Shown here in pieces: positions 29,141-37,902 of a stretch of 64,000 nucleotides of DNA (positions are counted from its first letter, which is position 1; each line of letters begins with the position of its first letter). The notes under the pieces were generated by a model. It was not told where the DNA came from. It saw only the letters and a list, made by a program, of their open reading frames with translations, and did not search any database. This DNA comes from Desulfobulbaceae bacterium (GTDB lineage Bacteria; Desulfobacterota; Desulfobulbia; Desulfobulbales; SURF-16): assembly GCA_002868945.1 (NCBI GenBank), contig PKTX01000001.1:18310-82309 (forward strand). The letters are read 5' to 3'. The translations under genes and the position numbers were made by a program.

Positions 29141-29413
29141 CTACTTAACAGCATCTGCAAGCTTGCTACCAGGCTTGAAACGGGCAACGGTACGAGCAGG
29201 AATCTTGATGGTGGCACCGGTCTGGGGATTACGTCCCTGACGGGCAGCTCTCTTGGAGGTGGAAAAAGTCCCAAAGCCGACCAGGGTTACTTTATCGCCA
29301 CCGGAGAGTGCATTGGTGATGGAATCAAGAAGGCCTGTTAAAGCTTTTTCAGCAGCAGCTTTGCTAATACCTGCGGAAGAAGCCATGTTGTCTACCAATT
29401 CACTTTTATTCAT
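29141..29413 (-). CDS. hup: HU-family DNA-binding protein
   Basis: 90 aa: MNKSELV...GFGTFS...RQGRNPQTGATIKIPA. Confidence 0.95.
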   Translation of the reverse strand: MNKSELVDNMASSAGISKAAAEKALTGLLDSITNALSGGDKVTLVGFGTFSTSKRAARQGRNPQTGATIKIPARTVARFKPGSKLADAVK

Positions 29414-29468
29414 TCTCTTTTCTCCTCGTGTTACAATTAGGGGTGGTGATTGTTCTCGTCAGTAGGAA

Positions 29469-29496
29469 ATTGTACTAAACGAGAAGTGGTTGTCAA
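29469..29496 (-). promoter_or_regulatory. sigma70-like promoter for hup
   Basis: On the minus strand: TTGACA, 16-nt spacer, TACAAT. It lies ~55 nt upstream of the hup ATG. Confidence 0.5.
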
Positions 29497-29648
29497 ATAA
29501 AACTCGCTGTTTTTTATAGATATTTTGAATATCATGCTTTGACAAAGATAAAAAGAAGAATTTCAAACCCGTAAGGGAAGATTTTTAAGAAAGTTTTTCA
29601 GTGGAATCTTTAATAGTAATCCCCTGCAATTGCCCTATCTGTAAGGGT

Positions 29649-30512
29649 TCAAGGCAAGATACCCGGTCGTTCAGAAAGATCAAGAAAAACTTTTGAAAAA
29701 CCCAAACTCCTCATTTTTTTTTGAATATTATTCCTTACTTCCGACACCAAAAACTTGTCAAGGTCACCCTCCTTGACTGTCAGGTGCAGAGTCTGGTCAA
29801 CAGGTGTGGCCCGCATTCCGGTAAGGCCGAGACCATGCAGGGCGTCTTCCGCTGCTTCAACCGTGTGCAACAGCTCTGCGGTGATGGGCCGGCCCCGTGG
29901 AATGCGGGTGGCAAGACAGGAATCACTCGGTCTGTCCCAGGTGGCGAGCCCCAGGGCCTTGCTCAGGGCCCGGATCTCTTGTTTGCCGATATGACAGTGA
30001 AGGTAGGGCGTGTCCACGGCCAGCTCCGCAAGGGCCCTGAAACCGGGACGGCTGGCGTGGTCGTCATCCATATTGGTGCCGTCGACAAGCAGCCATGCTT
30101 GGCCCAGCTCCTGGGAGAGATCCTGATATATGGCTGACTTGCAGAGATAGCAGCGTTCCGCGCCATTGTCTGAAAATCCGGCCACCGCAAAGGGCCGGTG
30201 TCTTCCTTCAACAAGATTCAGATCGTGCTCAGTGGCGAATTGCCGGGCAAAGACAGCCTGTTGCCGGGCGATCAGCACACTGTTGACGAAAACGCCGCGA
30301 CAGTGTGCCTTGCCGAGAAATCGACTGCCGAGATAAAAAAGCAGCGAACTGTCTACTCCTCCTGAAAAAGCCACCGCCACCTGTTGCCTGGCGGTAAACC
30401 ACTGCTGCAGGGCCTCATAGGCTCTCTGAAGATGGACGGGGAGCGGCAAGGTTATTTGTCCGGTATCTGATGCACGGGTTTTGCAAGCAGAAAATCGCCC
30501 TTCTCGATCCAT
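29649..30512 (-). CDS. LarE-like PP-loop ATP-dependent sulfur transferase (TIGR00268-type)
   Basis: PP-loop AFSGGVDSS, CYLC, and a PSDSCLATRIP motif equivalent to the LarE sulfur-carrying Cys. The ATG at 30512 overlaps the upstream gene by 61 nt. An in-frame TTG at 30449 would start 3 nt after that gene's stop. Confidence 0.65.
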   Translation of the reverse strand: MDREGRFSACKTRASDTGQITLPLPVHLQRAYEALQQWFTARQQVAVAFSGGVDSSLLFYLGSRFLGKAHCRGVFVNSVLIARQQAVFARQFATEHDLNLVEGRHRPFAVAGFSDNGAERCYLCKSAIYQDLSQELGQAWLLVDGTNMDDDHASRPGFRALAELAVDTPYLHCHIGKQEIRALSKALGLATWDRPSDSCLATRIPRGRPITAELLHTVEAAEDALHGLGLTGMRATPVDQTLHLTVKEGDLDKFLVSEVRNNIQKKMRSLGFSKVFLDLSERPGILP

Positions 30513-31627
30513 TCTTTGAGGATGCGGGCGATTTCCCTGGCCTTGACAATGCTGGAGAGAGGCGCGGTTCTTACCTTCTGGCCATTCACCTCGATTTCAC
30601 CGGTGTTGAGCTGGGCGTACGACACTTCACCATAGTTGCGCGCCACCTGATGGGAATAGTCGTAGGAGTAATCGACCACCTGGGTGACCAGGTCATCGTT
30701 GGAAACACCGGTATAGGCGGCCATCTCTTCGTTAAGGATGGGAATGGGTATGCCGACGCCCACAGCCAGGGTCGTGCCGTAGCCCTGCATGGAAATTCCC
30801 TTGAGCCACTTGTCAGACATCTGTTTCATGTCGCCCTGCAGCATAAGGGTACCGGCCGGTTTTTTGGGCGTGTCGTTGTCCAGGCGCGGTACTGCCGGGT
30901 TGTGTTGCGTGCCCTGCCAGGAGACGTAGCCGATACCGCCGCCCAGGAAGATACGGGTGCCCATGCCGATGGTCTTATAGAGGGGATCATTAAAAAGAGG
31001 GCTGAGTTCACCGGCGCTGCAATAGTTGGCGTTTTTACCCTTGGGCAGCAGGGTGCCCATGTAGGTATAGATGGTCTTGTCGGACAGATTGATGGCGCAA
31101 TTATAATTCTGATAACAGTTGCGGGGGTTGAGCAGCATGGCATAAGGCAGGTCAGCCAGGGTGACCTCTTTTTCAAATTCCGTGGCCGGATAGCAGTCCG
31201 TGCCATAACCGATGGCTCGCATCTTCACCTTTTTGCCGGCCACCAGATCCTCAATGACGTGGCCGCCGCCATAGCGGAAGCTGCCGGTAAAAACCTTGTT
31301 CAGGGGGTCATCCTCGGCCACTTCGGCAGCACCGAAGTAGACATCAACGGCGGCCAGACCGGCGTACGCCATGACATTGTTGAACCATACCCGGGAGGCC
31401 TTGATGGTGGGGTTGGAATGACCGAAATTAATGATTGCTCCGGAAGAACACATGGGGGAGAAGGTGCCGGTGGTAACGACATCCACCTTGCGGGCCGCCT
31501 CTTCGGCGCCGTGCTCCTTAACAATACCCACCATCTCCTCGGCCGTTACCACAACCGCCTCACCGGCCTTGATGCGGGCATTGATCTCTTCGTATGTCTT
31601 TTCAACCTTAAATTTTTTTTCAGTCAT
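30452..31627 (-). CDS. DUF39/COG1900 homocysteine biosynthesis protein (MA1821 family)
   Basis: N-terminus KTYEEINARIKAGEAVVVTAEEM...VDVVTTGTFSPMCSSGA, with length typical of DUF39. Confidence 0.75.
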   Translation of the reverse strand: MTEKKFKVEKTYEEINARIKAGEAVVVTAEEMVGIVKEHGAEEAARKVDVVTTGTFSPMCSSGAIINFGHSNPTIKASRVWFNNVMAYAGLAAVDVYFGAAEVAEDDPLNKVFTGSFRYGGGHVIEDLVAGKKVKMRAIGYGTDCYPATEFEKEVTLADLPYAMLLNPRNCYQNYNCAINLSDKTIYTYMGTLLPKGKNANYCSAGELSPLFNDPLYKTIGMGTRIFLGGGIGYVSWQGTQHNPAVPRLDNDTPKKPAGTLMLQGDMKQMSDKWLKGISMQGYGTTLAVGVGIPIPILNEEMAAYTGVSNDDLVTQVVDYSYDYSHQVARNYGEVSYAQLNTGEIEVNGQKVRTAPLSSIVKAREIARILKEWIEKGDFLLAKPVHQIPDK

Positions 31628-31800
31628 TCTTGTAATCCTTACGTATCAGCTTAACTTCCAGGTTTGCTTAACAAATCGAAATTTCATCTTCAGGGGGGAA
31701 AGTTGCAGGCATCAGAGGATCAAATAGTCGCAGAGTGTCACTCTTTTGCCCTTACCCCGTGCGTCTCACTGTGCACCTGTAAAAAACAGCAACGAACTTG

Positions 31801-31820
31801 AGGGTATCTTGATTATAACG
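31801..31820. repeat. degenerate solo A-type terminus
   Basis: AGGGTATCTTGATTATAACG versus the consensus GGGTATCTTGAATAAT. Confidence 0.4.
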
Positions 31821-31840
31821 ACATTGCCAGGTGATATCAC
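31812..31840 (-). promoter_or_regulatory. candidate promoter for the DUF39 gene
   Basis: On the minus strand: GTGATA, 17-nt spacer, TATAAT. The -10 hexamer lies inside the degenerate repeat terminus. It would give a leader of ~185 nt. Confidence 0.35.
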
Positions 31841-32106
31841 AGCTGGGAAGTCGGGTTGACAGGTCTTTATTTCAGGCCGGCCGTCATCACGACTTTTCAC
31901 GATCACACTTCCGAGCCCATGGTGGCCAGGGGGATTCTTATGCCCACCCCACCTTGCGTGTGCCTGAAAAAAGCCTGCTATGCCCGGCAGCCAGCAACGA
32001 TAAAGCCCACCAGGGCAACAAACCTGGCGGGCTGATGTTTTGTATAACGTAAAGTATGGTCGCTTGCAATTAAATTACAAGGACGTGCACCGGCTGCTCG
32101 TTTCTC

Positions 32107-32712
32107 TTAATCCATAACAGAGACGACCTTGTGGCCTTTTTTCTCCAGGGCCTCGACAATAAGATCAACGTTCTCGCACTTATCAAGGCGAAAATAGTGA
32201 ACCTTGCGCCGTGAGGATTGGCTTTCCTGGGCCACGCTGACTATCTCCCCCTTGTTTTCCTTAATGATCCTGGTGACATCTTCCACCCCACCCTTTTTGT
32301 TGACAATGACATCGAGGCGGGTGGATTGCTTGAGGAGACCCATCACTTCGATAAAGGCGTCGAGGATATCGGAGAGGGTGATAATGCCCACCAGCTTTTT
32401 TTTGTCCAGAACAGGCAAGCCGCCGATTTTATAGTCATGAATCAGGCGAGCGGCTGTTTCTATACTGGCATTGGGGTTGGTGGTAATCGGATTGAGAACC
32501 ATCACCTGATGGATCGGAATGTCCTCGACCATGGAGGGGAATGAAAAATGACGCAGATCACTTTCCGTGATAAATCCCACCATGTTTTCCTCTTCATCAA
32601 CCACGGGAAGATGGCGGATGCCATACTCCTTCATCAATGCCGCCGCATCCTGAAGCAGGGCCTGCCGATCAATGGTCACAGGTTCTGATTGCATCCAGTT
32701 CTTGATTTTCAT
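32107..32712 (-). CDS. CBS-pair plus ACT-like domain protein (AcuB-like)
   Basis: Two CBS motifs (GIRHLPVVDEEENMVGFITESDL; IGGLPVLDKKKLVGIITLSDIL) and a C-terminal ~70-aa ACT-like module. Confidence 0.8.
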   Translation of the reverse strand: MKIKNWMQSEPVTIDRQALLQDAAALMKEYGIRHLPVVDEEENMVGFITESDLRHFSFPSMVEDIPIHQVMVLNPITTNPNASIETAARLIHDYKIGGLPVLDKKKLVGIITLSDILDAFIEVMGLLKQSTRLDVIVNKKGGVEDVTRIIKENKGEIVSVAQESQSSRRKVHYFRLDKCENVDLIVEALEKKGHKVVSVMD

Positions 32713-32974
32713 ATGCGGATTATCCTGCTGCCAGGCCCAATGGCCACATGTTGTTTTTTTCGGGGGCCTGTCGCATCAGTGCAGTTGCTGACACATGTCG
32801 CAGCTGGTCACCTGCTGTTTTGAAATGGTAAAATGACAGTTTGTCGCCCCTCAGCCGCAAAAAACAGGCTTGATCTCCGGAGTAAGGCTATGCCGGAAAT
32901 ATCTGCCAGGCAGGTCTTCACCTGTGGGGCTGTCCGCCCCCGGGTCTTTTCGGTCGATTCTATGAGCTTTTTAA

Positions 32975-33075
32975 GGCCATCTTGCAAGACATGGCTTCAC
33001 AAACAACGGCGGCGCCTATTTTTTGCAGTTGGTGAAACTCGAAGGAAATGACCTGTTTCTGAATAGGCATTCACT
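32975..33075. repeat. degenerate chimeric A/C-type repeat copy
   Basis: GGCCATCTTGCAAGAC at the left end. GAAATGACCTGTTTCTGAATAGGCATTCACT at the right end resembles the complement of the C-type terminus AGTGTCTGTCCAGAAATAGGTCATTTC. Confidence 0.45.
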
Positions 33076-33314
33076 ATATGTAACCTAAAATAATAAATGT
33101 ATCTTTTCAACTCCTAAGATGGAAAGGAGCTGCCGGGCAGGCAGGCAAGGTGGTCCTTCCCGTGCTCGGTGCAGGCAGCGCTGCTCTTGTCAGAGCCCTC
33201 CTCTTCAGCAGGCTGTTGTGGAAAATTTCCTTTATTTTCTTGAGTAATTTAATTAAGTGGTTAGTAACATTTCGATTTGTCACCAAAAACCAACCTTACT
33301 TGCGAAAAGAAATC

Positions 33315-34415
33315 ATGCCGGAAGACAACAAGGCAGCCCTGGAAAAAATACGCTGCCGTATTGATGAGATAGATGACACCATCCTGCGTCTTTTAAAGGA
33401 GCGTCTCGCCTGCGCCAAAGAGATCGGCCTCCTGAAGTCGCGAGACAATCGGGCCAAGTGGGATCCTCTTCGTGAACGGCAGATTTATGACCGTTTACGG
33501 CGAGACAACAAGGACGACTTTCCCAACGACGCCCTGGTCAGTATCTTCCATGAAATCATCACCACCTGCCGCCTCTCACAAAAGACCACCGAGGTGGCTT
33601 TTCTGGGACCGGAGGCGACCTTTTCGCACCTGGCGGCAGTCAAATATTTCGGGCAGACCGCCGATTATCGCGCCATTGAGACCATTGAGGATATTTTCAT
33701 TGATGTGGAGCGGGGCCGCGTGGACTACGGCATTGTGCCCCTGGAGAACTCCATTGAGGGCTCCGTCACCTCCACCCTTGATTCATTCATGAAGTGCAAG
33801 GTGCGGATCTGCGGCGAGGAGCTTCTGCCCATCAGCCACAACCTGGTCAACTTTTCCGGCAACATGGAAGACATCAAGACCGTGGTCTCCCACTCGCAGC
33901 CCCTGGCCCAGTGTCGTGAATGGCTGAAAAAGCATCTCCCCGGCATTCCCTGCCAGAGCGTCTTTTCCACAGGCGTTGCCGCTCAGATGGCGGCCAAGGA
34001 TGCCTCGGTGGCCGCCATTGCCAGCTCCCTGGCCATCAAAACCTATCAGTTGCAGATCGTCACCAAGGGGATAGAGGATTACAGCGGCAACACCACCCGT
34101 TTTGTCCTGATCGGCAAGGAATCACCCTCGGCCAGCGGCCGTGACAAGACCTCCCTGCTGGTGGGGCTGCTCGACAAACCAGGTGCCCTGAACGACACCC
34201 TTACCATTCTGGCACGTCGCAACATCAACCTGACCCGTATTGAATCAAGACCGGTCAAGGCGGAGCCGGGCAAATATCTCTTTTTCATCGACATGCTCGG
34301 TCATATGGAGGACGGTGTCATCCAGGAGGCGTGTGAACGCCTGCAGGAATCGAGCTCCTACTTTGAGTGGCTGGGCTCCTACCCTCTGGCCCGGGAATCA
34401 ACCGCCGATGCGTGA
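33315..34415 (+). CDS. pheA: bifunctional chorismate mutase / prephenate dehydratase
   Basis: CM_2 (IRCRIDEIDDTILRLLKERL), PDT (VAFLGPEATFSH, TRFVLIG) and an ACT C-terminus (IESRP). Start moved to ATG 33315. Confidence 0.9.
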   Translation: MPEDNKAALEKIRCRIDEIDDTILRLLKERLACAKEIGLLKSRDNRAKWDPLRERQIYDRLRRDNKDDFPNDALVSIFHEIITTCRLSQKTTEVAFLGPEATFSHLAAVKYFGQTADYRAIETIEDIFIDVERGRVDYGIVPLENSIEGSVTSTLDSFMKCKVRICGEELLPISHNLVNFSGNMEDIKTVVSHSQPLAQCREWLKKHLPGIPCQSVFSTGVAAQMAAKDASVAAIASSLAIKTYQLQIVTKGIEDYSGNTTRFVLIGKESPSASGRDKTSLLVGLLDKPGALNDTLTILARRNINLTRIESRPVKAEPGKYLFFIDMLGHMEDGVIQEACERLQESSSYFEWLGSYPLARESTADA

Positions 34416-35393
34416 CATACGGCCGTGACAATTCTCGCCCTCGGTCACCTTATGGCCCTGGGGTTTTCGGGCAATGGTCTCCATGACCAGGGCGGCGATC
34501 TGCTCATCACTGGCGCCGTTGCGGATAAGGCTCTTGAGGTCGCTTTCCTGATCGGAGAGCAGACAGGAGCGCAGCTTGCCCTCCGAGGTAAGGCGGAGGC
34601 GATTGCATTGCTCGCAGAACTTGTGGCTTAAGGGGCTGATAAAGCCGATACTGCCCATGCCGCCCGGCAACTTGAAGACCCGGGCCGGCCCATCCATGCG
34701 GTGCTGGGCCAGGGGGTCAAGCCTGCCAAGCACCTGCACCCTCTCCATGATCTCCGCAGAGGGTATATATTTTTCTTTGCCCCAGACCGCCGAATTGCCG
34801 ATGGGCATAAACTCGATGAAGCGCACCTGCAGGGGGCGTTGCAGAGAGAGTCCGGCGAAATCAACCAGCTCATCATCGTTGACGCCGCGCATGGCCACCA
34901 TGTTGATCTTCACCGGGGTAAAGCCCTTGGCACAAACCATCTCGATATTCTTCCAGACCTGGTCAAAACAGTCGACACCGGTTATCTCTCTGAATCGTTC
35001 GCGGCGCAGGCTGTCGAGGCTGATGTTGAGTTTGTTTACGCCGGCCTGGCGGAGCAGCTCGGCATACTTGTCCAGATAGACACCGTTGGTGGTAAGCCTG
35101 ATGTCCTCAAGACCATTTATTTTCGCCAACCCTTCAATAAAGGAACCGACATTGCGTCTGACCAGCGGTTCCCCCCCGGTGAGGCGTACCTTCCTGATGC
35201 CCAGGTCAACACAGATGGCAATAACCCGCAGTAACTCTTCATAGGTAAGTAATTCTGCATGGTTGAGCTTTGACAACGGCGTCGGGGTACAGTATACACA
35301 ACGCAGATTGCATTGATCGGTCAAGGAAACACGCAGATAGGAGATGCTTCTGTCAAAAATGTCGGTCAGGGTATGGGCGTTTGCTTTGGTCAT
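34398..35393 (-). CDS. moaA: GTP 3',8-cyclase (molybdenum cofactor biosynthesis)
   Basis: Radical SAM CNLRCVYC and the C-terminal cluster FCEQCNRLRLTSEGKLRSCL. Start moved to ATG 35393. Confidence 0.9.
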   Translation of the reverse strand: MTKANAHTLTDIFDRSISYLRVSLTDQCNLRCVYCTPTPLSKLNHAELLTYEELLRVIAICVDLGIRKVRLTGGEPLVRRNVGSFIEGLAKINGLEDIRLTTNGVYLDKYAELLRQAGVNKLNISLDSLRRERFREITGVDCFDQVWKNIEMVCAKGFTPVKINMVAMRGVNDDELVDFAGLSLQRPLQVRFIEFMPIGNSAVWGKEKYIPSAEIMERVQVLGRLDPLAQHRMDGPARVFKLPGGMGSIGFISPLSHKFCEQCNRLRLTSEGKLRSCLLSDQESDLKSLIRNGASDEQIAALVMETIARKPQGHKVTEGENCHGRMSRIGG

Positions 35394-35473
35394 ACAAGAT
35401 TTGAGGCCTGCGGCCCGGCTCCTGTGTCTTGAGGAGGAAGGTTGGGGGGCAAAGGTGGCAGCCATTGGTTGGT

Positions 35474-35659
35474 GGCCGTCTTGAATAATTGCTGTTTCGG
35501 AGCCTCGCAGGCTTGCTTACCCGGTCGATTTTTTCGTCGCCACAAAAACATCCTCACATATTCTCGACATGCCGAGGATTATTTTTTGGACATGACAAGG
35601 TAAGCGAGTTCGCGAGGCTTCGGGAGATCGGCTGAAAGGGCCATTTCGGAACAGACACT
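35474..35659. mobile_element. chimeric MITE-like element: A-type left end, C-type right end
   Basis: Left end GGCCGTCTTGAATAATTGC and right end GGCCATTTCGGAACAGACACT. Internal inverted modules are TTTCGGAGCCTCGCAGGCTTGCTTACC and GGTAAGCGAGTTCGCGAGGCTTCGGGA. Confidence 0.75.
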
Positions 35660-35863
35660 AGTTACCCTACCCATGCCAAAAAAACAACAGCGGCCCCTAT
35701 TATTTCCATCTGGGCCGGGTGGTCTCCAGGCTTGTCGGAATACAGGGCCGGCACAACGGATTTTTGAGCTTTTCTACTGTTTTCCGATGCCTGAGTTCTG
35801 AATTCTCCTGGAATCATAAATATCTCATTATTCACGATAGCCTCTGTGCAAAAAAAGAAAAAT

Positions 35864-36871
35864 ATGCTCATTCTCGGAATTGAAAGCTCTTGTGATGAAA
35901 CCGCTGCGGCCATAATGCGTGACGACAACCGGCTGCTGGCTAATGTCGTGGATTCGCAAATCGCCGTGCATGCCGAGTATGGCGGCGTGGTGCCGGAAAT
36001 CGCCTCGCGCAAGCATCTGGAAAATATCTATCCCGTGGTGAGCAAGGCCCTGGCCGATGCTCGGGTCTGCCTTGACGACATCGATCTGTTGGCGGTCACG
36101 GTGGGTCCCGGTCTGGTCGGATCCCTGCTGGTCGGTCTTAACTTTGTCAAGGCTCTCACTCTGATCAAAAAAATACCCTTTGTCGGGGTGGATCATATGG
36201 CCGGCCATCTGCTCTCTGTTTTTTTGAGCAAAGAGCCACCGCAATTTCCCTTTGTGGCACTCATTGCCTCCGGTGGTCACTCATCGATCTTTCATGTCGT
36301 CAACCATACTGATTTCCGCCTGATGGGCAGAACCCGCGATGATGCGGCCGGCGAGGCCTTTGACAAGGTGGCCAAGCTCCTGGGGCTCCCCTATCCCGGT
36401 GGTCCGGCCATCGGCAAGCTTGCCGAGTCAGGTGATGCCGGAGCTATTGCCTTTCCCAGGTCGTGGCTGGCCAAGGGCAGCTACGATTTCAGTTTCAGCG
36501 GCCTCAAGACATCGGTGGCCAACCATATCCATCAGCTGCGGGCCGACAACACGCCATTGCCTGTCGCTGATATCTGCGCCTCGTTCCAGGAGGCGGTGGT
36601 TGATGTGCTTAGCGCGAAAACTATCCAGGCCGGTGTTGATACCGGTTGTCGTAATATTGTCGTGGCAGGTGGTGTGGCAGCAAACTCCAGACTACGGCAT
36701 GCCATGCGTGACGCCAGTGACAAGGCCGGTCTCAGCCTGGCCATGCCGCCGGTCTCCTTCTGTACCGATAACGCCGCCATGATTTGTCTGGCGGCATTTC
36801 ACCACTACCGCCTGCACGGCAGCGACGCCCTTGATCTGGATGTCTATTCGCGTTCTCCGCACCTCATGTGA
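35864..36871 (+). CDS. tsaD: tRNA N6-adenosine threonylcarbamoyltransferase
   Basis: ILGIESSCDETAAA and GVDHMAGH motifs. Start moved to ATG 35864. Confidence 0.95.
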   Translation: MLILGIESSCDETAAAIMRDDNRLLANVVDSQIAVHAEYGGVVPEIASRKHLENIYPVVSKALADARVCLDDIDLLAVTVGPGLVGSLLVGLNFVKALTLIKKIPFVGVDHMAGHLLSVFLSKEPPQFPFVALIASGGHSSIFHVVNHTDFRLMGRTRDDAAGEAFDKVAKLLGLPYPGGPAIGKLAESGDAGAIAFPRSWLAKGSYDFSFSGLKTSVANHIHQLRADNTPLPVADICASFQEAVVDVLSAKTIQAGVDTGCRNIVVAGGVAANSRLRHAMRDASDKAGLSLAMPPVSFCTDNAAMICLAAFHHYRLHGSDALDLDVYSRSPHLM

Positions 36872-37129
36872 GGACGTTTCATCCAGCTAGGCCTGCACAT
36901 ATTCCACCCAGCACCAGAACCGAAATCCATCTCCTTTCTCCGCTATTGACAGGCGGTCTGAAATGGCTGCCGGCAGTCGGTAAATAATGTTTTTTTTTGT
37001 TCAAGACAGCTGTCGGCAAATAAAGTAGAAAGAAGCCCTGTATTGACTTGCGAGCTGCTTTCCGGCCGGACAAGGCCACTCCTTCGGCACCTGCATGGGG
37101 AGAACCGGGGCGGACAATGGCGCTTAAAT

Positions 37130-37272
37130 AGTGTCTGTCCAGAAATAGGTCATTTCGTTCGAGATCAAGGACTGCGAGAAAAATAAGCGCAGGCATATAT
37201 CTGATATTCCGAGCATTATTTTTTGAGCATGACGCCGAGATCGGATGAAAGGGCCATTTCTGGACAGGCACT
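37130..37272. mobile_element. C-type MITE-like element, complete copy (C1)
   Basis: Terminal inverted repeats AGTGTCTGTCCAGAAATAG and (complement) AGTGCCTGTCCAGAAATGG match 17/19. The element is flanked by the direct repeat AAAT (37126-37129 and 37273-37276). Confidence 0.85.
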
Positions 37273-37374
37273 AAATAGTTGCTGAGGTGGAGAAAACCTC
37301 TCAACGTAGCCGGCATTGTGTGGTAATTTCTTCCTTTCACGCATGCAGTATCCATAGCAGAGAAAAAGTGATTA

Positions 37375-37902
37375 ATGCCTATACGTTTTATTCGATATTA
37401 CTACCTGAAGTTTTTACGCCTCCAAGGTGACCCGCAATCACTGGCCCGCGGTGTCGCCATAGGCACCTTCATAGGAATTACTCCGACCCTTCCCCTTAAT
37501 ACCATCTTGACTCTGACCTTCTGCCTGCTGTTCCGGGCCAGTAAGGTGGCCGGCATTCTCGCCTCGGTGGTGGCCTGTAACCCCTTCACCTTTTTTTTCC
37601 AATACTATCTGAGCTGGCGGATCGGCACCACCCTTCTGCCCGGTCTCCTCTCCTGGCAACGCATGCAGGCCGTCATGGCCACCCTGTCATCATCTGCCGG
37701 GTTTGACGGTTTCAAGGCCTCGTTAACCGCCATCGGCAGCCTTGGTTTTGATGCCATTACGGTGTTGCTGGTGGGCGGCGCCCTGCTCGCCCTGCCCTTT
37801 ACCGCGCTTAGCTACTACTACACCCTGAAGCTCTTTACCCGCCTGCGTAACAAGCGCCTCAAAAAAATGGAGCAGAGCGAACTCGCTGATGAATCGAACT
37901 GA
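37375..37902 (+). CDS. DUF2062 family membrane protein
   Basis: GDPQSLARGVAIGTFIGITP followed by 3-4 TM helices. The family call is from memory. Confidence 0.6.
   Translation: MPIRFIRYYYLKFLRLQGDPQSLARGVAIGTFIGITPTLPLNTILTLTFCLLFRASKVAGILASVVACNPFTFFFQYYLSWRIGTTLLPGLLSWQRMQAVMATLSSSAGFDGFKASLTAIGSLGFDAITVLLVGGALLALPFTALSYYYTLKLFTRLRNKRLKKMEQSELADESN

Noticed and set aside
31628-31811. SAM or SAH riboswitch in the leader of the DUF39 homocysteine gene
   Set aside because: I could not find the conserved cores of SAM-I, SAM-II or SAH elements by eye. It is kept only as a long-leader observation and would need a covariance-model search to settle.
36879-37355. 158-aa ORF in the tsaD-DUF2062 spacer
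   Set aside because: It runs straight through the C1 MITE-like element, including both terminal repeats. It has no RBS or family resemblance, and its reading frame is not preserved in the related copies.
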